The translations under genes and the position numbers were made by a program. Under the pieces are notes generated by a model, which saw only the letters and a list, made by a program, of their open reading frames with translations, searched no databases and had not been told where the DNA came from. A stretch of 64,000 nucleotides of DNA from Nageia nagi (Eukaryota > Plantae > Pinophyta), in the NCBI GenBank assembly GCA_050084985.1, contig JBITNC010000001.1, positions 159,340,001-159,404,000 on the forward strand, in the 5' to 3' direction. Shown one piece after another: positions 14,857 to 28,610 of this stretch; positions within the stretch are counted from its first letter, which is position 1, and every line of letters starts with the position of its first letter.

Positions 14857-17800
14857 TATGTTAATTGAATATTTTGGATTCAAAAAGACCAAATTATTTA
14901 ATTTTTATTGATGATTAAGGCTATAGGTATTGGCAATTATGAAATCGATGTTCGACCTTCATGAAAGATGTGTGAAAGATAAGCTAACAAACTTATAGAA
15001 TTTTATAATATAAACTTGATCAAAATACCAAGTATTATGTATGGATGGAAAGGTATAAAAGAGAAATTTATAATATTTACTCATACATCTTAATATTATA
15101 TGCATAACTATAGTGATTTTCTTCATAAGTTGAGGTCGCTAGGTTATAGTCTAGTCACCAAGATAGTCCTGTCATGTAGTTGGTTGCTAAAGAGTGGCAA
15201 TTTCACTAAGGATAACTAATGTCAAAGTACATAATGTTATATACCATTGTAAAGTTATAGAAGCCTAATTTCTAATGAATAAATAATTAACTAAAATAGA
15301 ATTAACAATGTCTAGTGATTTTATGGTAACACAAAAGGTACTCATTGGGTCTCCATAATAGGATTGTAAGGATAGTGCCAAAAAAAAAGGTTGGGAAAGT
15401 GGTGAATTGTATTCAAAGGGTATCATTTTATATATGGATAGAAATATAAAGTATTTATAATAATGGAATACACTTAAATAATGGATTAAAGTAAGTATGG
15501 TAAAACTTAGGAGATATTGAATATATTCATAAACTACAACTGAGGAAGACTAGATAAGCATACTGTAGGAAATTGTTGATGGTGGTGGTGATATCCATAC
15601 AAAGTATGGAAAATATTACATGATTGAAATGGTATTTGAACATAATATCTAACATAAAAGGAACCACCTAAAATATATGGTTAGAACTAAATTTATATCC
15701 CCCAAAAGTAAATTGATCCAAAATAAGGCAATTTGATACAACAATAATTATCTCTTGATCTAATGCACAAAATGAAAAATAAATGAATACCCACTAGGCT
15801 AATTGAATATAACCTTATTTTAGCTCAATAACTGACATTTAACATCAATCAAGTGATTACTTGATCACATCAACACCAGTAAGACATATATGCAAGGAAA
15901 AAGTCGTAGAACATTTTCTCTTACTATTGTCTATGAATAAAAATGAATATAAGAATGTCATAATACAATACAACAAGGGATAAAGTCCCTTTTACATACC
16001 TTGAGAAAATAATTTGAGTGTTTGACACTCTAGATAAAATCTGATGGAAAGAAAAAATTCATCCAAAAAATGTACATAAAGCATTGTAGTCAAGATATAT
16101 AGCCATATTAATTTAATGGTAAGGATCAAGGAAGTACTAAAATTCCATATAGAATCCTAAAATATTAATCTATAATCTTGAAACACATTAATGGTGGGTA
16201 TTGTAGGTTATTGAGGCAAGTTGCATGTTGTTATGGGAGGAGAGGAGAGTCAAACACGATAATATGTTATCATAAAATTTCAAAAATACAAACCATGGAA
16301 CATTATAATATTTCATTTAGTTTGTTTCATCTTTATTCTACTGGTAAGGTATATATAGGTAACTTTAATTTACCTTTTTGTATTTAAATACGAGTTTCTA
16401 TTCGATTATTTTGATTTCTTGAGTTTATCATTTAAATTTCCTAATTATAAATTTTTAGGTCATCTTCTTAAGTATCAACATGATAACATTATTTAGAGAA
16501 AGTTCCATTTGATTTATAATTTTCCTCATTTGTACAAATCCTAGCATAATCATGGTCATAATCCTCATTATCTTGATGCATTCTTGTAGCTTTGACTGTT
16601 ATTTATTCTATTTCTTAACTACTTATTTTGTTTAACCTTTTACTCATTTTTGGCATAAGAGTAACAATACTTTTGTTCATTTTTCTTATTTTAGTTTCTT
16701 CTACAATAGGAAAATCTGAAGGAGTAAAGGTTTTACACATCACGTTCTATATTCCATCAAAGAAATCTATGGTAGCTATAATGAACTCTAGGTTTTGACA
16801 ATAATTATAAGGTTTTAAAACATACAAAAATTAGGGATTTTAGAAAACATATGTAAAACTATATGTTAAAAAATAAGTTTTTAGTGAAAAATGCAAGATG
16901 TCAAGTTTACCAAAAATGTAAGTATTTTGTGAAAAAATAGAAAATAATGAGCTCAACAAAAATGTATACAAATAAATGATTTACAACAATAATAAATAAA
17001 ATTATTTATCTATAAAATAAATATAGAAATATGAAAAATGATATGTGCCTAAGGAATGTAATATAACACTTTATAACAAAATAGGGCATGCATGAAATGA
17101 GAAAAGTGATACTTGTGTACATCATTTATAAGTTCTAAGCCTTAGAATTTCTTCACCAAGTCCTTCCCAATATATACCTTATAACTCAATGATTTTGGGA
17201 GGATTGGCATTTGTCTCAAATTTTGCAAAGGTTAGGTACAACCTCGATGGTGATCAAGCTCCTATTTATTTATTAGAAATCAAAATTGAAATTAAGGATG
17301 AGCTTGAAATATGCATAAAATTACTTTTATTAAAGAAAAAAAGGATCTAAGAGGCTTAAAATCTTAAACATTTAACCTAAGAAATTTTAAAAATCTTGAT
17401 AACTAATAGGAATAAGGTAGAGGTTGACCTTGTAACTTGAAATAAGGTTTGAGGTTAACCCTGATGTTTAGATATTTTTTAATTTCAATGAATTGTAAGG
17501 TTGTATAATGAGTTTGGGATCCCTATCCTTCAATATGATCTCTATGATTTTTCCAACAACTTATTATTTTTGTGCAAAATGCTTTTTAATTTCCCTAAAT
17601 GAGTAGCAATGATTTTCTTAATGCCTTAGCTTCGTGATGATGATCTCCATTAATATGAAAACTTGGTAAAGAAGGAGATATTGAGTATATTTCAATGATA
17701 GCATTTTATCATAGTGAGAGTTAATAACTTGCCTATTAAATAACTTGATGATTTGAAATGCTTTTGAAACCTTCTTTAATACTTTACAAAAGAAACAAAA

Positions 17801-18850
17801 AGAGAAGCACATTAGCTAACAGTATCTTGAAATTAGATGCACTTTATTAAAACTATCCCAATTAAACCAATCCTTTTTAGATACCTAAACAATGGTTTGT
17901 AAATAAATAGAAAATTATAATTATATCTACACTAACTTTGCCCCTAGCTTTGATAACCATTTGATATCTAAAATGTCCTAAGATTAACAATCCTTCTAAA
18001 ATAGCTTTCTTATATTGAAAAATTTTACCAATATAAAAAATTGCATTGTACAAATGTTTTATTAAGATTAAAAAATATGTATTCTAACAAAAAGTTATAT
18101 TTATTTCATAAAACACTATTATATTAGTAAGATGGGTTATATCCTATCCTATCAATGTTTTATTATCTCTAAAATTGTTAGTGAATGATGCCCTTGAATA
18201 AGGTTAATTCCTAGATAATACAAGGCCATTCACAATTTAAATATTATCGTGTATAGATTAACCTTAGGCAATGAATTAAAGAAGTAAAATAGAATCTTGG
18301 TCTTGCTTATAGTTAGTGTAAATAAATATGCACATAATTATCTATAGTTTAGCAACCATAAATCTTTTCAAGTAAACTCTATTTCATTAGTATCTTATAA
18401 TTTTATATATGCTTAGATTTCAAAGGTAGAATGAATTTGAATGAAGTATATAAATGGAATAACACAAAAAATCATCTTGATTTGGTGACTTTAATGGGAT
18501 TACTCGTACCAAAGAGTATAGAAGAAAATTACTTTTCACCTCAAACAAAATTAATCTAAAAGACTAATAAAAAAAACTCTAGAAGAAAAACTAATAACAA
18601 TTCTTCAAAGTAAGAGTAACAATAATTCTAAAAGCAAAATTTAATAGATAGATATATTTTAACCTTCTTTTAAACTCATTGGTTTGTAAGACCTATCAAA
18701 GTTTTTCCAGAAGAAAAGATATATCAATTAATTATTTGAATAAGTATTTCTCATATAAAGAAAAACATTGAACAATGTACAAATATTCTAAGAAAAATAA
18801 GAATACTCTTAAGGATAATTGACCAAAATCACTCACACCCACACAAATGA

Positions 18851-19430
18851 TGTAATTGAAGGATTCCATAACCTAAGAACACTTGTAGGACCTTCATCTA
18901 ATATCGCAATCAATCATTCTAAATTAAGAACTCAAGAAGCATTCTCACATAGTAACACAAAATGTATAGTGGTTCCTCCATCATATGGAGTACTCCATTT
19001 TAGGTCTCCTTTTCATTATACTCTCAAAAAATGTACACTCATATGGATCTCAACCATGAATCTCTTTAGCGTGAAGCATAGCTTGAATGCTTAAAATTTT
19101 ATTAACTAAGATTTATACTAACAACTATAATTCTATCTACTTCTTATCTTTATCCCCATACCTATGTTCACAATATGAGCTCTTTTTATAGGACTCATAA
19201 CTAACCTAATCATGATTGGTTAGTTAACTCTAAGTTACAATTTAAAAATTACATTTAATTGTTAGTGGAGACACTATTTCACTAACAATATTATTTTAAG
19301 TTGGGTGGAGAATACTATTCCACCTACCATGCATGAACCTCATTATCACCTAATAATCAAATTTAAGTGATTATTAATATGTTAAGCATATTAATTACAT
19401 AATGCCCTAAATAACATTATAGTTCTAACA
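18851..19430 (-). repeat. 3' LTR of element 3
   Basis: 580 bp, matches 26087-26685 and abuts the PPT. Confidence 0.93.
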
Positions 19431-20196
19431 CTCCCCCTTAATGTTATTTTGAGAATGATTAGAAAAATAATGATTTTACAAAGAGGTTTTACTCATGCTA
19501 CAAAGTGTACATATAGCCAAACAAGGCTTTACAATTTTGAGAGATAGGAGACCTTTTGAGACTTTATTTAAAGGAAAGAAGGAAGATCTAAATGCCAAAA
19601 GCCAAGAAGTCTCACAGTTGTTGTTACAAATAACCTGCAATCTTTTAGAAGAAACTTCCAAACTATAATCAGTGTATAACAAGATCAATTAGAAGCATTA
19701 TACATTCATATCAACATGAATCGAATCATACTATACACTAAAGCATATAAAGATGTCAAAAATCATAAATGCATAACAACAAGGATGACATAAATCATCA
19801 ACTATGATATCTAAGAATATCATATGTACATATATCAAGACATGTGCACTATCAACCGATTGATATGTATCAAAAATTAAAAATTTGATTTTTTTATTTT
19901 TATTTTCATTTATCTTTGCTATTTACCATTCTTTCTTTTGTATTTGTTGCTTTCTATTGTATTCATTTTATATGAGGCATGTTATCACAATATAATCTAA
20001 CATTTTCTTCCCCTTGATGACAACTTCATCAAACAAATACATGTGTGACAATGTGACATGAATCATGCGAAGAATAAATGGCAACTTGACCAATATTAAC
20101 ATCAAGAGTTAAAGGCAAAACAAATATCGTAAGGCATAAAATGCCATCTTAATTACCACATTAAGATGCAAAAAGCCATATGTTACCATAAAGAAA

Positions 20197-20396
20197 TGTG
20201 ACTTTACCAAGAGTAAGCCATGATGTCACACAAGAAATATACTTAACTTTACAAGAGTGAGTCAAGAAGGCATAATACATAAGCTTGAATTTACCAAGAG
20301 TGAGTCAATATGCCACAACAAATAAACTTGACTTTACCAAGAGTAAGTCAAGATGCCATAACAAATAAACTTGACTTTACCAAAAATGAGTCAATA
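20197..20396. repeat. Tandem array, ~5 x 43 bp, each unit with inverted ends TTGACTT...AAGTCAA
   Basis: Best unit: ttgactttaccaagagtaagtcaagatgccataacaaataaac. Confidence 0.85.
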
Positions 20397-20569
20397 TTTT
20401 ATAATTAGAAGTTCATCTTAACCATGCTACTAGTTAAGAGAGAAATGATGAAATTGGTAGCATGAATCAATCAAAATGATTCAAATTTCATCAACAATAT
20501 GTAAGCAATCCATCATCATGGATCTATCTTCCATCGTCATGGAAGTAGAAAAGAGTGTGGCCATTAGTG

Positions 20570-20925
20570 CACTCTATAAGTCATCATGGAGATGTCAAGC
20601 CAATACTTATAATCATCGAAAGATACTTGGATTTTATGTTGCATTATAAGTCATCACAGAGGATGCCAAGCCAATACTTATAATCAACAAAATATGCATG
20701 GATTTAGTAATGTAACAAAATCCATCAATGAAAGATGCTTAGATTTAGCACTGTAATACAATCCATCAAAATGGATCCAAGTTTTCAACATGGAAGTAAA
20801 AAAAATGTATATGAAAAAAGCTATAGTTGTTTCATCAAGAACTTGCTTTTGAAAATAAAAAGATTGGATTTGGGTTGCATTATAAGTTATCCTAGAGATG
20901 CCAAGCCAATACTTATAGTCAACCA
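20570..20925. repeat. Three dispersed copies of a ~45-bp motif in the 3' non-coding region of element 3
   Basis: tataagtcatca...gatg(t/c)caagccaatacttata at ~20575, ~20645 and ~20881. Confidence 0.75.
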
Positions 20926-23900
20926 GTCAACAAGAATGCAAAAAAAAAAGAGGCTTGGGTTTTGAATATGAGTCATCAACAAAGTTTGGATACATATTAC
21001 AATAGCAAATAAAAAATTCAACCAATACTCCCCCTAGAGGGATATTTCATCAACCCAACTTTAGAAAGGGGCTTGGTGAATAAAAGATGCATGAGTTTTA
21101 TGTAGGAAAGTCCATTCCATACCAGAGCATCTGATTGTTGTGATTGAGATTATGGTCCAGCTTCTGCAAGACCCATAGAAGGTTTAGATGCTATTTCCTT
21201 TGAAATTTGAATACTAAAGTGTCGAAGGATATCCTTATATAGGGAGGCCCTTTTCTTCCACTTTTCCTTTAATTATTGTATTCCATAGTGGCCATTGCTT
21301 GCATTATGCCTAATTTGTATCTCATTCTCTTTTGCTTGTAATTACCACATATTTTTCTAAGCTAGTAGTTTGTTTTGCTTAGCCAAGAGTTCATGGTAAT
21401 ACTATATGTATACAAATTTTTCATTTTGTAGCATATCATAATGATGGGCCATTATCTCCATCTTGACCTTTGTTGCAACTAGTTCATGGTGAAGGTAGGC
21501 ATTCTCTAAGTCTACACATATGTTTGTTTCCTTGTTAGAATTTAGGGAAGGACTTCCCATGTGTGTGATAAAATTCTTTGTGAGATTCATGACAATCAAC
21601 CTATCGCTCATGATTAAACTATCCAATTTAATAGTTGAGATGAGAAACAAAAATAGCATAGTGATACCACTATTACTTAGTCATCATGCAACTTAGTAGT
21701 ACTATCATTATTGCAATCTTGACATGACATAATGCATATGACATCAATCAATTAAATGAGTGGTAGGTGACATATTTTATCTTCGCAAATTCATTGTCCA
21801 ATGAATCCTTATCTTCAATTGTCACAATTATTATAGTTTGATTATGTCAAATCATTTGCATTATAAATAGTCGTAAATGATCCTTGCTTATCATTCGATT
21901 CTTTGCATTTATTATTTGAGCTAAAATATTTTATTTTTAGTTATCCTTCATGGATGTTTCTCAATTTCATGCTCTACTGAGTGATCTCTAAGATAACATA
22001 GTGCATCGTAGCATTCATGTAGCTTTAGAAAATCGCACTTTGATCGCTCTAAGGTTTTATTGTAACAATGATTAGTATTTATTCAATTGTACCTAGATGA
22101 TTATTATGGTATTTGCATGATTTTTCATCTTAATCATGATGATCATGTTCATCTATTATTTCATTTTCTCAATCAACCTGATTGGACATGGCGTATAATG
22201 GTTTATACCCCATTTAATAACTATCTTTTGCAATTTGTACGCTACATTGGATCGCCTTCCCTACATCCATAGGAGTATTTCAAACCACTCACTATTGCAT
22301 GGGTAGTTCGTTAGCATAGACTACAGTGGTCATCCATGTACTCTTTTCGCATTGCTTGGTGAGGTGGACATCATATTTTATGTCATCAATTTTCTTTTTC
22401 TTATCACTTTTTACCTATTTCACATCAATATATTTTAGGATTAGACATATAAGGTTTTAGCATATCTGAAGATGATGCTAATTCTTCTGATTTTGGTGAT
22501 CATTCACCAGACTAGCATTAATCATGCCATAAGCACCACCTACTTGGAAATCTTTTCTCGCTTATTAATAAAGTAAAGTACATGATCACATTGGTTATTA
22601 TGCTTGCATGGTTGATCCATTTTGATTTCTCATTTATGATTGATGATTAGTTAGTTTTGTAATTTTATAAGTTTATTTTATTCTATTTGATTACCATCAC
22701 ATTCACTTATGTATGAAACCCTAAGAGAGATTTGACTCACTTGTCATTCATCATGGATATGACCATTTTTCAAGGTCTTCATGTTGATCTTCCCTAAGAA
22801 GTTCTTTATCGATGTATTCAAGGTTGAGTCATATAACATGCTTGCATTGCATTCTAGACTGCTTTGTGACAAAACTTGGTTCGCATACAAGGTCATCGAA
22901 TTCTCCTTTGATGGGCCATCTACTTTATCCATTATTTAGAGGATATCGAGCAATTGCGCCTCATAATCACACTTATCTATCATCCAAACTGGACATGGAA
23001 GATCATCCTTTACTATTCTTGAACACCTTTTCTCTACTATTTTTTGCACTATGTAAGTCCTACCATGCTACATCCTCATGAATACTATCACCCCTATACC
23101 GTTGCATTTACAGTATGGTGATGCGATCTTCATTAGGAGTCCATTTATGTTTCACAACTAAATCAAGAAGGGGATCAATGGGTATACTACCCATTTTTTG
23201 ATATCAAGTGTCATTTCTCCTCGATCACTCATGTTGCTTTATTCAATATACATAGTTCACCTATCATAGATCCTGAGAGTTCTAATTCCAACACCCTCGA
23301 TCATACTGATGATTCTACTTAGTTTAGCTATCCACTTGGGCATGTGAGTGGAACTTTTTAGAATTAATAAATATTATTTTTACTTCTATATTGTACCAAA
23401 TTATTTACTAGATAAATTTTCAAATTCTCAAGATAAGCAAAAAAGCCTCAGATACAATAATTTCAATTTAAGGACATCTTAAACAATGATGCACATAAAA
23501 CATAATAATGCAATATAGATAGTTCTTATTTTTAATTTATGAATTCATAGTTAGTACTAAATTTTGCAAGCAAGGATTAGTCAACCAAGGATTAGTGCAC
23601 AAAATACTTAATGTTTAAGTATACATATTTTTAATATAAGATGTAATGCTTTTAATATAAGATTTAATGCATCCTCCCCCTTTTTCTTTATCGTAATAAA
23701 GTACATATGAAAAAAATGCATTAAAAGAGTTATAAGAGTAAAAAACTTGATTCATATGCAGAAAATGAGAGTATGATCACCTAGTGAAGGTGCATAGTAA
23801 TGTGAGATTACCTGGTGAACGAACCCTCGTGCTTGTAGAATGAAACAAGGTCAAATGTAAAGGGGTTGAAATACCATAGAACAACATATTTGGGATAAAA

Positions 23901-26069
23901 GTAATGTGAAGTGGGACATACCTCACATTGTTTTAAAAAAAATGCATGGGTTAAGGGGGTCCCACAAGAGTGCATTAATAAGGTTGAAAAAAAAATACTT
24001 AATCTCAGATATAAAAGATTAAACTTGAGCATGCTGAATAATAGGTGCACTAAATATAAGCATGTTGGATGCCCTCCAACAATTGAGTTTTACTCCCCTT
24101 ATGGGGTTCCAAGGGGCAACACCCCTGGCATGCCACCCCCATACGAGACAGGGTTTCAAATTTTTCTAGAGGGGTTAAAATAGGCTTTCTGAAAGAGATG
24201 CAAGCTTAAAAAAATACATGATGGTTCTCATTTGTATGATACCTTTAAAGCCCTAATTTTAGCTTAATGTAAATTAAGAAATGTGCATGAAAAAAATAAG
24301 AGACTAGGAGTAATGCCCATCATCATCCATACCACAAAAGGGTATAGTAATTGTGAAAAAAAAATTTATCAAGCCAAATTAAGAAGGACAAGGAAATAAG
24401 TGCTGGTAACATCTAATTTAATAAATGTAGTTAAGTCACATTAAAAAAAATGTGATCTGGTCAAGTGATAATGTGGGACAACGTAAAAACAAATATGGCA
24501 TCATGTCAATTAAAGACATGTTGGAAAAAATAAGTTGTCCATTATTGAAAATAGATGCCACTTGGTTGTAAAAAAATATTCTCCCACCATAATAAAGAGT
24601 AGAACTAGCAAGAAAGAGGAAAAATACGAGCCACCCATACTAATAAATTCAAAGGTGGGCAACCGCCATGAGAATATATAGATAGTGGTGAATCAAATGT
24701 GGTAGTGTTGGTCATCATTATACCAACAACTAGCACAAGCAAGCCATGTATTAAAATAAAATGGGCAAGTCATGCATGTTTTGGAATTTAGAATGAATAA
24801 AATGTGAAGAGCTTGACCAAAGAGAAGAAAAATGATAAAAACCTTGGTATCCTTTTGCGCCATCATGCACCCATTGAAATGTGTTATTTGCAACAGGCGA
24901 ATAAAACTACAAAGGCATGAAAGCAAATGAAGAGATGTCATTGGGAGAGGTAGGTTGGGGTTAGTGATGGTAGCCATAAGAGTCATTGTAGTGTTGAAAT
25001 GCCTTAATAGGATTCAATCGCATGAGCTACAAGTGTACATCGAAAGCCAATTTTTGAGATTGCATACTATGCTTCTGAGGGGAAAGTAATGTCATAGGTG
25101 TATTTTGATTATCGTCAAATGTTAATTTGTCCCTATTGGAAATTCAACAGTTTAGGTCACTCTTCAATCACTTTCAAATCCATTCGTATGACACCATCGA
25201 TCAAGTTAAGTTGATTACCCAAATCAGTATTTGAAAGCATAAAATTCATGGGGAGCAAGATTCATGTTGAACAATGCACTTAGCGATGGTGTGATGGGAA
25301 AAGATGAATTTGTGGACAAAAGTGAGGAAGTCATGTTCCATAGTGGCAAAAAGGGTAGATAAGTTAAAAACTCAAATCTCTGACTTTGGAAGTCATGTTC
25401 CATTGTAGACACGATGTTAACCAGGAGAGAAGGAGGGAGCATCAGAAGCCTTATCTATTCAAATTTCATCAAATCCATTGGATAGACTATAAGAGAGAAA
25501 GGTATTCCTTGTTCTCTCTCAAATTTAGTTTGTCAAGAGATAAACAAAAGACACCATATTGTATTAACACAATATACAAAAAATAATATAAATTCTATTT
25601 GTAAAAAACAAAATAGAATACAATATAGATATATATTCTCATTTTGTAAAAAAAAATCAATTATAAAAATTTTAACATAGTTTGAGAAATCTAAAAATAT
25701 ATTTAACTATGTAGAATAAAATTGTTAGCAATGATCATTATAAATCTTAAGCATTAGAGATTGTAACTAGATTAAAAAAAATGATCTAAAGCATAACCTT
25801 AGGAAGGAGGTTAAATTGAAGATTAAAAATACTCCACTGACATGTAATGAAGGTAATAATTTTACCTCTAAAGTTCAGCTCAATAACCTCAAATTTCCAA
25901 CATTTTAGTAGAAATATCTCAATTCAACTTCACAATTAGTAATTGAAATGAACTAAATATTTAAGTTTCACATGAAACTTGAAACAAGATAAAAGTATAG
26001 ATATACCTTAATTTGAGGTGATTTACCTCAAATTTCCAAGTTGTAGTTTGGAGGAGATCCCACAAGCAA

Positions 26070-26081
26070 GCTTTGATACCA
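26070..26081 (-). promoter_or_regulatory. Primer-binding site (initiator tRNA-Met type)
   Basis: Minus strand reads TGGTATCAAAGC (canonical TGGTATCAGAGC) next to the 5' LTR. Confidence 0.88.
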
Positions 26082-26086
26082 TTTAA

Positions 26087-26685
26087 TGGAATTGAAGGAT
26101 TTCATAACCCAAGAACACTTATAGGACCTTCATCTAATATAGCAATCAATCATTCTAAACTAAAAACTCAAGAAGCATTCTCACATAGTAACACAAGATG
26201 TATAGTGGTTCCTCCATCATATGGAGTACTCCACTTTAGGTCTCCTTTTCACTATACTCTCAAACAATGTACACTCATATGGATCTCAACCATGACTCTC
26301 TTTAGCATGAAGCATAGCTTGAATGCTTAAAATCTTACTAACTAAGATTTATACTAACAACTATAATTCTATCTACTTCTCATCTTCATCCCCATACCTA
26401 TGTTCACAATATGAGCTCCTTTCATAGGACTCAAAACTAACCTTAGGTAGTTAACTAACCTAACTATAATTGGTTAGTTAACCTTAAGTTACAATTTAAA
26501 AATTACATTTAATTGTTAGTGGAGACACTATTCCACCTAACAATATTATTTTAAGTTGGGTGGAGAATACTATTCCACCCACCATGCATGAACTTCATTA
26601 TCACCTAATAATCAAATTTAGGTGATTATTAATATGCTAAGCATATTAATTACACAATGCACTAAATAAAATTATAGCTCTAACA
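26087..26685 (-). repeat. 5' LTR of element 3
   Basis: 599 bp, matches 18851-19430 with a short indel. The PBS lies 5 nt inside. Confidence 0.93.
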
Positions 26686-27459
26686 ATAAAGAAAATAAAT
26701 CATTAAGTAGCAAGACTGTTATTTTCCATAAACATTTGTGACATCTCATCAAACATTTCCTAGAGCAGGTTTTCTCTTGCTCATAAGTAATCTCTTTCTT
26801 ATCGATATAATTGGAGGTCATCATATATACCCATAATTACATTATGAAGTTTATTAATTTTACCAGTCATTTTCTTGATGTTTCAACTTTTGCATTGACT
26901 CTAACCACTATCTCACTTAAATATGTCTCAACTTCACATCATAGTTGATCCTGATCCTCACACAACACTCTTAATTATTTAGATATTATCACTAGATACT
27001 CTTTACTTTGCCTTCAATCTTCCCTCTTAAAGATCAATGTATCCCTCTCCACCATTACTATAAAAAGTTGGCATAGTAGCTCTCACGTTTCTAAGTTTCA
27101 TGATGCCTCGAATATCTCTTTTACATTCATTTGATTCCTTGAGGCTACGATTTCACAATCATTTGGATGAATGTTGTTTGTGTTCCTCCCACATAAAAAG
27201 AGGTTAAGCCTTTCCCTTAAATCTTGGAGCAACTTATCTTCTTGTTCTTATCCTCCATGAAACCCTAACTCATACAATATTCATGCTTCACTCCTATTGT
27301 ATGGCAAATAATCACAATAGTCTTCAACACTTGAAATTGTTGAAAAATCAATAAGTGATAGTTAATTCCTGAACCCTTGGCAATTTCTTTAATGCAAATA
27401 CATAAATAATAATTACCATATTTGTATCTCATGACCAAATGATAAAAAGAAATTAGTAG

Positions 27460-28610
27460 TCTATTATGAGTCTACCTTGGTTTTTGGGAAAGAGATGATT
27501 ATTCCTAGAAAAACGGTAACTAGGTTTCAATGTGAACAAGGCTAAGAAAATGAGTGCTCCAATTTGGGTTGTTCTTTTACACCTCCCCTTTTAGTTCTAC
27601 TAGAAAATATTTTAAGTAATTGAAGGGTTCAACAAATTCATTATAGTTGATGAGGTCATAAAGGCCAAGATAAGACTTATAGTGGTAAGATTCTATGTTA
27701 TGGTTGAGTTCAAGGTTAGGTTATCAAATACAATAACACTTGAATCAAACTTAGGTGAGTGGGAGCAAGATCTATGATTTGAAGAGAACAATTGGTTATG
27801 CTTGATATGTACTCAGGTGGGGCATAGTGTTAGTTCACTCCCTACTTGAAAAGAATGGTGACCAAAAGAAGGATGAATATGATTTTAACAATAGGGAAAG
27901 GGTTACAATAGAAATGTAAGATAGTTCCCTTGACTTGGTAATCATAGCTGAAGAAAGTTACAAGGAATATGGTGAACCTACCCCAATATAGTAAATAGTA
28001 TAAAGTGATGCTCATGGGAAAGAAGGTGAATAACCACATGACCCGAAGATGCAAATGTAGGAAAGGAAAATGCCTAAGAATGAAGGTTGGAAATAAATGA
28101 AATTCAAAAAGAGATCGCTAACACAACGTAATATGTACTTGAAAAGTCAATCATACTTAGAAGAATTGATGGTGAAAGAAACATAATTTCTCAAAAGTAA
28201 TTTTTAGATAACGCAAAATGCATTAAAGAAGATATACATAGGAGAAAGACATGTTGGACGTCCAAATGAAGAAGAAATTAAAGAGCAAGGAGGTTATAGA
28301 CAATAAAATATCAACATTAGATGATTTTGGGAGAGGGTTTCTCCTTAAACTAGGAAAGAAACAAGATGATTGTATAAGTCTATTGATCTAGAAACTACAA
28401 TTTTGGTAGCACACTCATTCAAGAAAGAAAGTTCTTCCATAAATTGAAATAATTAAGAAATAGTTAAGAACATCCTAAAACTATAAAATAAATAGTGGTA
28501 GGATGTTGAAAAAGCTATTGTAAATTTATAGTAATAAGTTTTGGGTACCTTAATCAAAAAGCCTCTTTAATTTAAATGACCTTTTTTTGTCTTGACAAAA
28601 ACAAAAAAGT
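27460..28610 (+). mobile_element. L1-type LINE ORF1 remnant (DUF4283/zf-CCHC-like) with an A-rich 3' end
   Basis: PWFLGKR*LFLEK...APIWVVLLHLP...ITLESNLGEWEQDL...CLICTQVGHS at ~27475-27830. A-rich tail at ~28597-28608. Confidence 0.75.

Larger units (their letters stand above)
12704..16315 (-). mobile_element. Ty1/copia element 2: rearranged, LTR-bounded, RT/RNase H only
   Basis: ~820-bp direct repeats at 12704-13527 and ~15502-16315, both starting TGAAATATTA on the minus strand. A degenerate purine tract (ttaaggatgagaa) lies next to 13527. The left LTR is cut by element 1 at 12703. Confidence 0.82.
18851..26685 (-). mobile_element. Non-autonomous Ty1/copia-type LTR element 3
   Basis: LTRs at 18851-19430 and 26087-26685 (TG...CA, highly similar). 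tRNA-Met(i) PBS at 26070-26081 and PPT taagggggag at 19431-19440. Only an RNase H tail (LFTKPLS, ~21060-21085) and a gag-like remnant (~21250-21650) are recognisable. Confidence 0.9.

Noticed and set aside
17945-17965. PBS-like gctttgataacca marking another LTR element in 16.3-18.8 kb
   Set aside because: It needs an indel, and no partner LTR or coding remnant could be supported.
20197-20396. CRISPR-like array (palindromic repeats at regular spacing)
   Set aside because: The 'spacers' are diverged copies of each other, there are no cas genes, and the context is a eukaryotic LTR element.
18819-26330. Near-identical 91-aa and 85-aa ORFs as duplicated genes
   Set aside because: Both lie within the two LTRs of element 3.
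18846-26690. TSD for element 3
   Set aside because: The flanks aatga and ataaa do not give a convincing 5-bp match.
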